The position numbers and the translations under genes are program-made. Under the pieces are notes generated by a model, which saw only the letters and a list, made by a program, of their open reading frames with translations, made no database searches and was not told where the DNA came from. From the NCBI GenBank assembly GCA_965207065.1, contig OZ242260.1, forward strand, positions 2,336,001-2,400,000: a DNA stretch of 64,000 nt, written 5' to 3'. This DNA is from a bacterium (GTDB lineage Bacteria > UBA8248). Every line of letters starts with the position of its first letter. The first letter of the stretch is position 1. Shown here piece by piece: positions 40,951 to 49,685 of this stretch.

Positions 40951-41622
40951 TTGTCCGAATCATTGCCACGTCTAAGCAAGCAAATTGAAGATTATCTGAA
41001 GAACATCTTCAAACTTCAGCAGGAATCGTCCCCTGTCACCACGAGCGCGATAGCGGATTGTATGGAAATCTCGGCTGCGTCGGTGACGAGCATGGTCAAG
41101 AAACTCGATCATCAGGGATTGCTTACATATAAGCCGTATAAAGGGGTCGTTTTAAGCTCGAAGGGGGAGAAAGTCGCATTAGAGATTATTCGGCACCACC
41201 GGTTGCTCGAGTTGTACCTGAACCAGAAGATGGGAATTGAGTGGGACAAGGTGGATGTCGAGGCGGAAGAATTGGAGCATGTATTGAGCGAGGAGCTCGA
41301 AGCTGTTTTGGACAAGGAACTCGGCTATCCCACCCTGGATCCCCACGGCGATCCGATTCCCGCCAAAGACGGCACCATGGTTGATACGAAAGAAATCGGT
41401 CTCCTCTCGCTCGAGGCGGGAAGGGTGACGAAAATCACCCGTGTATTGCAGGATGACCCGAATATCTTGCGGTATTTGGGAGAACTTGGATTTTTCCCGG
41501 AAATGCCCATTGAGGTGATCGAGCAATCGCCTCTCGCCGGCACGGTAACGTTATTGGTCGACGGAAACAGACATACGCTGGGCCGTGATATCGCCTCTCG
41601 AATTTTCGCGCTGAATGAATAA
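40951..41622 (+). CDS. DtxR/MntR metal-dependent repressor with FeoA-like domain
   Basis: EDYLKNIFKL, RHHRLLELYL, EAEELEH, DPHGDPIP. Confidence 0.9.
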   Translation: MSESLPRLSKQIEDYLKNIFKLQQESSPVTTSAIADCMEISAASVTSMVKKLDHQGLLTYKPYKGVVLSSKGEKVALEIIRHHRLLELYLNQKMGIEWDKVDVEAEELEHVLSEELEAVLDKELGYPTLDPHGDPIPAKDGTMVDTKEIGLLSLEAGRVTKITRVLQDDPNILRYLGELGFFPEMPIEVIEQSPLAGTVTLLVDGNRHTLGRDIASRIFALNE

Positions 41623-41666
41623 AACCACCATCCAAAAGCTCTCAAGCATTTTCACTAGGAGAAGAC

Positions 41667-42230
41667 ATGCCTGCCAGGAAACAGACGACCAGGAAAAAAG
41701 CCGCCAAACAGGATTTTGACCACCGCTTCCGCGCCATCTACAACAAGGATGTCGAATGGCAGGAGGATGTGAGCAACGAGTTGCTGACGCTGCCGCCAGG
41801 CGTGAAGGTGAAGATTTTCGCCCATGACCCGGTGATGAAGCGCATCGACATGAAGGTGAAGTTCCCGAAAGGCTACGTGGAGCCTCGCCACACGCACAAG
41901 AGCTGGCATTCGATTCTGGTGACTCGTGGCAGGATGTGCGTGGCGGGCAAGGATTTGAGGCCGGGCGATTACGTTTTCGGGTGGGATTTGCCGCACGGTC
42001 CGTATGAATATCCAGACGGCTGTGAGGTTTTCGTCGTCTTCATGGGCGAAGGCACGCAGCATGTCTGGGAAGAAGAAAAGCATCTCAAGCACAAACTGAA
42101 ATGGGAAGCGAGGTCGGCCGCGGGCAAAAAAGCCGCCGCCGAGGGCGATACGGCGAGAAAGCAGGCGTTGGCCGAAAAAAGAACGGCCGCGAAGTCCAAG
42201 GCGAAGCGAAAGACGCGTCGCTCGGGATGA
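41667..42230 (+). CDS. Cupin-domain protein with basic tails
   Basis: PRHTHKSWHSILV...PGDYVF...PHGPY; AGGAG RBS. Confidence 0.7.
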   Translation: MPARKQTTRKKAAKQDFDHRFRAIYNKDVEWQEDVSNELLTLPPGVKVKIFAHDPVMKRIDMKVKFPKGYVEPRHTHKSWHSILVTRGRMCVAGKDLRPGDYVFGWDLPHGPYEYPDGCEVFVVFMGEGTQHVWEEEKHLKHKLKWEARSAAGKKAAAEGDTARKQALAEKRTAAKSKAKRKTRRSG

Positions 42231-42234
42231 GAAG

Positions 42235-43254
42235 ATGACGCCGCAGCGAATCGCCGTAATCGGCGCCGGCGCCTGGGGGACGGCCCTGGCGGATTCGTTC
42301 GCAGAAACCGGCCACGAGGTGATGCTCTGGGTTTTCGAGGCCGACCTTTGCGCCCGCATGGCGTCCCACGGTGAAAACGACCTGTATCTCCCCGGAATCA
42401 CCCTGCATGAGAATTTGCGTTTCACCTCCGATCTGGCCGAAGCCGCCTCGGCGGGGCAGGACGTTCTCGTGAGCGTGATGCCGAGCCACGTCGTCCGGGC
42501 GGTGTGGACGAAGCTGGCGGCCTGGGTTCACGAGGAAACGCTCATTGCAAGCGCCACGAAGGGGGTGGAAGAGAAAACTCTGCTCCTGCCCACCCGGATT
42601 ATCACCGAATGCATCGGTGCGGCGGGCGGCGCCGAGCGCGCCCTCGCTTGCCTCTCGGGGCCGACGTTCGCCCGAGAACTCGCGGAGAGAAAACCCACGG
42701 CCATCACGGCGGCGTCCGAAGATCCCGAAGTGGCGAACGCGATTCAGGAGATGCTCTCGGCCCCCAATTTCAGGATATACACGGGCGCCGATCCGGTCGG
42801 CGCGCAGCTCGGCGGTGCGCTCAAGAACGTCATCGCCCTGGCGGCGGGAGTCGCCGACGGCATGGAACTTGGGTTTAACGCGCGGGCGGCGCTCATCGTG
42901 CGCGGGCTGGCGGAAATCGCGCGTCTCGGGGTGGCGATGGGCGGCCGGGCGGAGACCTTCGCGGGCTTGGCGGGCATGGGCGATCTGGTGCTCACCTGCA
43001 CGGGCGATCTGAGCCGGAACAGGACGGTGGGCGTGCGGCTGGGGCAGGGCGAGCCCTTGCAGAAGATACTCGAATCCATGACGGCCGTGGCCGAGGGCGT
43101 ATCCACAGCACCTGCGGCCGTGGGGCTCGCGGATAAGCACGGCGTGGAGATGCCCATATGCCGCGAGGTGCACGCCGTGTTGTTCGAGGGCCGGAACCCC
43201 GGGGACGCCGTGCGGGACCTCATGGCGCGTCCGCTCCGGGCCGAGCTCCCCTAG
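42235..43254 (+). CDS. gpsA: NAD(P)H-dependent glycerol-3-phosphate dehydrogenase
   Basis: GAGAWGTALA, LSGPTFA, GGALKNVIA, GMGDLVLTC...SRN. Confidence 0.96.
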   Translation: MTPQRIAVIGAGAWGTALADSFAETGHEVMLWVFEADLCARMASHGENDLYLPGITLHENLRFTSDLAEAASAGQDVLVSVMPSHVVRAVWTKLAAWVHEETLIASATKGVEEKTLLLPTRIITECIGAAGGAERALACLSGPTFARELAERKPTAITAASEDPEVANAIQEMLSAPNFRIYTGADPVGAQLGGALKNVIALAAGVADGMELGFNARAALIVRGLAEIARLGVAMGGRAETFAGLAGMGDLVLTCTGDLSRNRTVGVRLGQGEPLQKILESMTAVAEGVSTAPAAVGLADKHGVEMPICREVHAVLFEGRNPGDAVRDLMARPLRAELP

Positions 43255-43541
43255 GGGGCCGCGCCCAGATGCGGGCAGTTGCGGGCAAATGCGCGGGAGG
43301 CGAAAAACTTTTTTGCCGCCGGATCTGAGTGTGATGCGCTCATATATGTATGATAACTCTTTGTATTAAAATCAATTACAGCAGACATGATTTTCAGGAA
43401 TTTATCGAAAAACCCCGTGAATTTATCGAATTTTATCGAAAATAGGATTATTTTCATTTCTGCGCCGTCCTTGAATCCATCCGCGCGATTCCTTTTTTCG
43501 CGATAATCGAAGCCGAGCGAGGAGGGCGGGTTCACGCTTCT

Positions 43542-43861
43542 GTAGAGGCAGCTCGCGAGCTGCCCGTGTTCTTCAGAAGATGGATGGGTCGTTCCGGCGG
43601 AGAATGCAGCAATCACCGCCTTCACTCTCGCCCAAATGCCTGATTCCATGAGAATGCCCCTCTCCCGTCAGCCCGATTCCAACCTGTGCGCAAGAAATCG
43701 TTTTCCCGCGTCGCGCGCACGATAGCGCAGACGTGGATTTCAGCGAATACGGCAATTGCGGGCAAATGCGCGGCGTGTTGTTTGTTGTAGGGGCGGACCC
43801 CTGTGTCCGCCCTAATGCGTTAGAGGGTAACGATACCGTAGGGGCGGCTCGCGAGCCGCCC
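43542..43861. repeat. GTAG-type REP hairpins (3 copies)
   Basis: GTAGAGGCAGCTCGCGAGCTGCCC (43542), GTAGGGGCGGACCCCTGTGTCCGCCC (43787), GTAGGGGCGGCTCGCGAGCCGCCC (43838). Confidence 0.75.
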
Positions 43862-44015
43862 GCGGGTTTGGGCAATCACAAAAACCGCCGGTTGACCACC
43901 ACATATAAGGCCCATACCGAGCCGCTCCTTGCGCATCCCAACGCAATCGGCGAAAATTGAAAGCCATGAGTCCGGTTTCGCAGGAGTCTTATCCATCAAT
44001 ACCTGGAGATTATTC

Positions 44016-44765
44016 ATGGAGCTAATCCGAGGGTGGGAATCGCAATATGCCCCGGAGAAGACTGGGCGGATTCGTCTTTCCAAAGCGACGTTTTACCGTG
44101 ATATCGATACGCCCGTTTCCGGTATCCGTGACGAGAAGGAGGGGGAGACCAGAGTAGGCATGGAAGGGAGAGTAACGAGGGAGGGAGAGGGCAACCTGTT
44201 TGGCTTACCGGAAATGACCTTTACAATCGTGGAAGATGGTGAGGAGACTGTCGCCCATTTGAAAGAAGGAAGCAAAACGGCAACCTACAGGCAGGAGTTG
44301 CGGACGGAGATTCATCCGGTCCCGTACGTGTTCTGCACATCGAGAAAACCGGAATCTACAGACGAAGAAAGAAGGCTGAAAGAGGCTTTTTCCAATAAGT
44401 ATGATGCATGGTACGTCATCAAGGACGCGGACGCTCTCGGAAGGGAGTTGGAGAAGGCCATCAATGGCTGGCTGTTTGATCAGCAAGTGACGGAACGTGG
44501 ATTGACCAAGCGTTACGGCTGGGTGAGCTACTATGAGGGAGAGAATCCAAAGATTGTTGCAGACATGACTGATGAGGAATGGGGAAGCAAAGTTACAGGT
44601 TATCTTGCCTCGATGGAGGCATGGTTCAAAAAGAGAAAAAAATACGAAGCAGAAGCAGAATACAGGTACGCCTACGTCATAGAAAGCCCACAGTTGAGTA
44701 CGCTCCCGGATCACATCTTTCTGGACCTCACCATGTCCGCCATCAAGCTGTTTGAGAAGATTTAG
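44016..44765 (+). CDS. Hypothetical protein, DUF2971/ART-fold-like motifs
   Basis: GGAG RBS; YVFCTS and FKKRKKYEAEAEYR motifs; lower GC than neighbours. Confidence 0.55.
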   Translation: MELIRGWESQYAPEKTGRIRLSKATFYRDIDTPVSGIRDEKEGETRVGMEGRVTREGEGNLFGLPEMTFTIVEDGEETVAHLKEGSKTATYRQELRTEIHPVPYVFCTSRKPESTDEERRLKEAFSNKYDAWYVIKDADALGRELEKAINGWLFDQQVTERGLTKRYGWVSYYEGENPKIVADMTDEEWGSKVTGYLASMEAWFKKRKKYEAEAEYRYAYVIESPQLSTLPDHIFLDLTMSAIKLFEKI

Positions 44766-44800
44766 AATGCCCTTGGCAGCCCCTTAGATTCGGCCTTATA

Positions 44801-45128
44801 GGGGTTGTTGAAAAACCCCCCTCGATGCGGGAAAACCACCGTCATTCCGGCGAAAGCCGGAATCCATTTATGATTTTTACTTTCGTTTTCGCATTTGATT
44901 CCGACTTGCGGGAGGTCAAACGCGACCGATGAGGGAGCGTATGCCGCGCCTGAATCCGGAACGGATGAGGCGGATATATGTGACGGCGGCCCTATCTTCC
45001 TCGCCGGTAGCGAGAACGTCCGGGCGAAAGGCCAAAGACAAAGGTGAAAATGGATTCCGGCTTTCGCCGGAATGACGAGCAAAGGCGGAGGTCAATCTCA
45101 AGCGAAGCGAGGCTTTTTCAACAGCCCC
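44801..45128. mobile_element. MITE-like element with GGGGYTGTTGAAAAA terminal inverted repeats
   Basis: Left GGGGTTGTTGAAAAA, right TTTTTCAACAGCCCC; internal inverted pair of GTCATTCCGGCGAAAGCCGGAATCC at 44841 and 45052. Confidence 0.6.
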
Positions 45129-45194
45129 GTATAGGGCGTTATTCTACAACCTAAATGAGGGAGGGGTTGCTGTTTTACAGGGCTGTCGGTCTTC

Positions 45195-45909
45195 CGTAGG
45201 GGCGGACCCCTGTGTCCGCCCGCGCCTGGAGAAAGCAAGAACGCATTCCCGCTCGAAACCCCGCCCGTCGCTTGACAGCCCGTAAGCCTCGAAAGCAATA
45301 TCCAGACACTGCGATACAAAACGCCACAGACCCTGAACGATGTGGGTCCACGAGGTTGTATCCCGGCGAGGGGGATGCGACATGCCGTGTGGACCTGTGA
45401 CCCGATATATAACCCGCACCTGCGAGCGTCTGTCCGCGGGTTATCCTCAAGCCACGTTCCATCCTCGTTATAAAAACAATTCCGCCGTGCGGGTGGGGTC
45501 CATTTTATCCGGCAAGGGCGGCAAAATGTCTCGCTTCAAAGACTCGACGGCGTAGCCAGGCATGACCAACTGGAAAAACCGCACGATGTGGACGGGGGAC
45601 AACCTCGACATCATGCGCGGCATGAACTCCGAGAGCGTCGACCTCATCTATTTGGACCCTCCCTTTAATAGCAAGCACAACTACGCTGCGCCGATAGGAA
45701 GCGAGGCCGCGGGAGCGGAGTTCAAGGATACTTGGACGCTCAGCGATATTGCGGTGGAATGGCACGGCCTCATCGCGGACGAGAACCCCGAACTCTACAA
45801 GGTCATCGACGCCACCATGACGAATTCGGACCGCGCATACATCATCTACATGGCGATCCGTCTTCTTGAAATGAGGCGCATCTTGAAATCCACGGGGTCG
45901 ATATATCTC
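45195..45909 (+). repeat. Copy 1 of a ~715-bp direct duplication (REP, leader, MTase 5' end)
   Basis: Homologous to 47390-48100; the first 139 bp are identical. Confidence 0.9.
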
Positions 45910-46773
45910 CATTGCGACCCCACGATGAGCCATTATCTGAAACTAGTCATGGATTCGATATTCGGGAGAAAGAATTTTAGAAATGAAATCGTGTGGAGCT
46001 ATCAAAGGTGGACAGGTGCAACACGACATTTTCAACGAATGCACGATATTGTGCTTATGTTCGCGCGCTCAAATGAATCGACATTCAATCAGCTTCTTGA
46101 ACCACATAGTCAGAAAGGACTATTTCGTCACAAGGGGAAAAATAGGACAACGCGCATTACGCAAGAAGGTTCACTTAGCCAAACGTATGTGGACAATAGT
46201 GGATTAAAGGCTATGCGTGATGTATGGGAAATCTCATTCTTGAACGCAAACGCGAAAGAGCGTGTTGGCTACCCCACACAGAAACCCTTGGCCCTGTTGG
46301 ATCGCATCATCAATGCCTCATCGAATCCCGAAGATGTAATTCTCGATCCATTCTGCGGATGTGCCACGGCTTGCATTGCGGCGGAAAAAAACGTGCGCGA
46401 ATGGGTGGGGATCGACATATCACCCAAGGCGGTGGACTTGGTGAAATCAAGAATGGTGAATGAGCTCGGCATGTTCGGCCAGGTGATTCACCGGACGGAC
46501 ATTCCCAGGCGAACCGACATCGTGGACTTCCCCGTCTACAAGACCCACAAGCATACGCTCTACGGGCTGCAGGAAGGCCGATGCAATGGATGCAAGGTTC
46601 ACTTCCCGTTCCGAAACTTCACGATTGACCATATCGTGCCGCAATCAAGAGGTGGGCAAGACCACATAGAGAACCTGCAACTACTCTGCGGCGCGTGCAA
46701 CTCCATGAAGGGTGCTGGAACCATGGCGGAACTGCTCGCCAAACTGAAAGAACAGAATATGCTGGCCGGATAA
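45562..46773 (+). CDS. Beta-class amino (N6A/N4C) DNA methyltransferase fused to a C-terminal HNH endonuclease
   Basis: DLIYLDPPF, YPTQKP, ILDPFCGCAT; CNGC...IDHIVPQSRGGQDHIENLQLLCGACNSMKG. Confidence 0.9.
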   Translation: MTNWKNRTMWTGDNLDIMRGMNSESVDLIYLDPPFNSKHNYAAPIGSEAAGAEFKDTWTLSDIAVEWHGLIADENPELYKVIDATMTNSDRAYIIYMAIRLLEMRRILKSTGSIYLHCDPTMSHYLKLVMDSIFGRKNFRNEIVWSYQRWTGATRHFQRMHDIVLMFARSNESTFNQLLEPHSQKGLFRHKGKNRTTRITQEGSLSQTYVDNSGLKAMRDVWEISFLNANAKERVGYPTQKPLALLDRIINASSNPEDVILDPFCGCATACIAAEKNVREWVGIDISPKAVDLVKSRMVNELGMFGQVIHRTDIPRRTDIVDFPVYKTHKHTLYGLQEGRCNGCKVHFPFRNFTIDHIVPQSRGGQDHIENLQLLCGACNSMKGAGTMAELLAKLKEQNMLAG

Positions 46774-46836
46774 CGGCATATTCGATGCACTGCCCGTTAT
46801 CAGCAAAGAGGCTAAGCCCAAGCAGGAGGATATGGG

Positions 46837-47199
46837 ATGACTATGTTTCAAAGGGCATCACAGGTTTATTGGTTGCTTACAGGTGCGGCTAAAGATAGAA
46901 AGACCTATACCTATTTCAACATCGAGGGATTCACCGGGATGGATAGAAGGGGAATTGGACAACCCCTTGGTCCAATCACCGTGTATTGCATGGTCAACGA
47001 TCTTCCCCTTTTAACGGTTCTCGCCGTCAATGCAAAAACAGGCGCTCCTTGGGGGCACTATTACGACGATATCGAAGATATCAATTCTTACCGAGAGCAG
47101 GTTTTCAATTTCGATTGGTTCAAGATTCCCCCGCCACAAACCGACGACTTCGAGGCCGTGTACAAGAGCCACTCTCATTTGCTTGAGGAGCAGGCATGA
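46837..47199 (+). CDS. Small hypothetical, winged-helix-like protein
   Basis: AGGAGG RBS; TYTY...LGPITVYC...LPLLTVLAVN..TGAP...VFNFDW pattern. Confidence 0.6.
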   Translation: MTMFQRASQVYWLLTGAAKDRKTYTYFNIEGFTGMDRRGIGQPLGPITVYCMVNDLPLLTVLAVNAKTGAPWGHYYDDIEDINSYREQVFNFDWFKIPPPQTDDFEAVYKSHSHLLEEQA

Positions 47200-47225
47200 C
47201 AGTGGAGAGGTGAATAGTTCCCCAC

Positions 47226-47338
47226 CTATCCACCTCTCAGATACACGCGCAAATTACCTAGGCACTCGCCCCAGCCTCCCTAGTGCTCATCGCGCATGTT
47301 CTCATGCGGGAATCCCTAGTGGGTGAGGACGACCGCGC
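47226..47338 (-). pseudogene. Decayed 3' fragment of an SRPBCC gene
   Basis: Colinear with 55289-55400; two in-frame TAG stops replace GAG and CAG codons. Confidence 0.75.
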
Positions 47339-47389
47339 TCGCGGCGACCTTGCCCGCCTGGGCCGAGGAAGGACGAAAGATTGTGCCTT

Positions 47390-48100
47390 CGTAGGGGCGG
47401 ACCCCTGTGTCCGCCCGCGCCTGGAGAAAGCAAGAACGCATTCCCGCTCGAAACCCCGCCCGTCGCTTGACAGCCCGTAAGCCTCGAAAGCAATATCCAG
47501 ACACTGCGATACAAAACGCCACAGACCCGGAACGATGTGGGTCCACGAGATTGTATCCCGATGAGGGGGATGCGGTATGCCGTGTGGACCTGCGATCCGA
47601 TACGAAACCCGCCCGCGCGAGTGGCTGTCCACGGGGTATCCCCGCGTTAAGTTTTTTCCCCATTACGAAAGCGATACCGCCGGGCATACAGCGTCCTTGT
47701 CCTTCGGCGCGGCGAAATGTCGCGCCGCATGGGCTTTGCGGCGTAGCCCGGCATGGCCAACTGGAAGAACCGCACGATGTGGACGGGGGACAACCTCGAC
47801 ATCGTGCGCGGCATGAACTCAGAATCCGTCGACCTCATCTATTTAGACCCTCCCTTCAACAGCAAGCACAACTACGCCGCGCCGGTAGGAAGCGAGGCCG
47901 CAGGCGCCGAGTTCAAGAATACCTGGACGCTGAGCGATATTGCGGTGGAATGGCATGGCCTCATCGCGGACGAGAACCCGGAACTCTACAAGGTTATCGA
48001 CGCCACCATCACGCATTCGGATCGCGCCTGCATCATCTACATGGCGATCCGCCTGCTCGAAATGAGGCGCATCCTGAAATCCACGGAGTCGAAATATCTC
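47390..48100 (+). repeat. Copy 2 of the ~715-bp duplication
   Basis: Homologous to 45195-45909; similarity ends abruptly after ATATCTC. Confidence 0.9.
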
Positions 48101-48130
48101 TATAATTGGAGAAAACCACTTGCGAAATAA
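47753..48130 (+). pseudogene. Truncated DNA methyltransferase (N-terminal third only)
   Basis: Near-identical to the first ~115 aa of the 45562 protein (DPPF present); lacks the SAM-binding motif and HNH. Confidence 0.85.
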
Positions 48131-49514
48131 AAATCGTTCCACTCAAAAGGCATTCAGCGTTCTTCTCTCGTTCGCTTTGCTATTGCCCGGCTGTGGGGGT
48201 GGAGGCGGTGGTGGAAGCGGGAGTGGACGCGGTCCGGACGTATTCCACAATACGGCACATGTTGTAGCGGGACCGAATCAGACGATCGAAGACGCCAGGC
48301 AAGCACCTGTCATAGACTTTGACGGAACGCTTCATATCGGAGCCGGCGTTGAGCCGGACAGGAATGAACTCGGGACGACGGGTGAACATGGCAATGCAGC
48401 CATATACTCAGGTAATGTGCGAGACGGGGCGGGTCGTGATGCTACTGTTGCTTTCATCAGCCAGTTCTTTACGAACCGTAAGAGGCTTAGATCATTCCTG
48501 GATCAACCCGTTGTTCGGGTCGCCCGGGGGACATCTGACGCGCATACGGAATTGGCAGTCCGCGCCGTCCAGATACTCAATGCCTATCTTCCCCGTGAGA
48601 ACCGGATGATATTCAGCGAAATCCCAGCGACATACGGAGCCGATCTTGTTGATATTCCCGACGGAGAAATTCATATCTATTTCGGTCCATTTGGAGTACA
48701 GACTCCAGCAAACTTTGGGACATATCGAGGTGTATCATCTACCGCTACCGCTGGTGGGGGAATCATTGCGGTAGCTTCGCGCATATGGATAAATACGAAC
48801 CGACAGCACGAATTTACGTATGAGGCCAATATTTCCTCTATGGCCCATGAACTGATGCACTCTCTCGCATTCAGTGGACACCCGGACTCTGCCAGATATC
48901 GTGATTCACTCATGCGCCATAGATCTCCACGTGGTTTCTCGAGACGAATCCTGGGGCCGATAGACCGTGATGCAATTGCTGCGGCTTTCGAGTATCACTA
49001 CACGGCTACGTCGGCGAACGAGCTCGGGCCATGGAGCGATACTTCATTTCACCTACGTGGCGATATGGATGACGTATCATTCGGTATTGCATCTTTTAAC
49101 GGCTTGCTGCAGCCGTGGGCATCCGGTCCGAGACCGGAAACGGATCTGGCGGATAATCAGGCTTTATCGGGAAGCGCAAGCTGGACTGGCAGGCTCCTGG
49201 GGTTCACTACCGAATCGGAATCGCTCGCCGGAGCGGCGGATCTCACCATCAGCCTCGCAACGCTCAGGGGACAGATTGACTTCACCGGCCTCGAGCACTG
49301 GGGCGTGAATGCGACGCCGGGGCCTGTCGGCTCAGGCCAGACCTGGAATGATGGCGACCTGCGCTACAGCGTCATCGTCCGGGGCAATACGTTCACGCAG
49401 ACGGGCGGCGACACGGGCGAGGTTACGGGCGCGTTCTTCGGCCCGAATCACGAAGGGATGGGCGGTGTCGTCGAGAGAAGCGATATGTCCGCCGGGTTCG
49501 GTGGAACGCGATAG
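48120..49514 (+). CDS. Lipoprotein with zincin metalloprotease domain and TbpB-like C-terminal beta-barrel
   Basis: LLPGC lipobox and poly-Gly linker; HELMHSLAFSGH followed by SLM Met-turn; C-terminal VTGAFFGPNHEGMGG...AGFGGTR. Confidence 0.7.
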   Translation: MRNKNRSTQKAFSVLLSFALLLPGCGGGGGGGSGSGRGPDVFHNTAHVVAGPNQTIEDARQAPVIDFDGTLHIGAGVEPDRNELGTTGEHGNAAIYSGNVRDGAGRDATVAFISQFFTNRKRLRSFLDQPVVRVARGTSDAHTELAVRAVQILNAYLPRENRMIFSEIPATYGADLVDIPDGEIHIYFGPFGVQTPANFGTYRGVSSTATAGGGIIAVASRIWINTNRQHEFTYEANISSMAHELMHSLAFSGHPDSARYRDSLMRHRSPRGFSRRILGPIDRDAIAAAFEYHYTATSANELGPWSDTSFHLRGDMDDVSFGIASFNGLLQPWASGPRPETDLADNQALSGSASWTGRLLGFTTESESLAGAADLTISLATLRGQIDFTGLEHWGVNATPGPVGSGQTWNDGDLRYSVIVRGNTFTQTGGDTGEVTGAFFGPNHEGMGGVVERSDMSAGFGGTR

Positions 49515-49685
49515 AAAAAGAAGGGGAGGCAAGAATGATGGAGTGGTGATGGCGAAATATCGGATTTTGGACCAAGGCATTCCGGGATGATGTTCAACGA
49601 CTACGTTCACCGTAGAGCTGGCCCCCGCCTCCGCTCGTAATATTATGCTGCCACGCCCCCAAACCTACTCACCACCAACGCCCCC

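Noticed and set aside
45382-45555. MPCGP... small ORF as a conserved peptide
   Set aside because: The two copies differ mostly by non-synonymous changes and end in different frames, so coding is unsupported; mentioned only within the duplication finding.
45334-45561. Diverged leader copies as a DGR template/variable repeat pair
   Set aside because: Differences from the copy-2 leader are not adenine-specific and there is no reverse transcriptase in the window.
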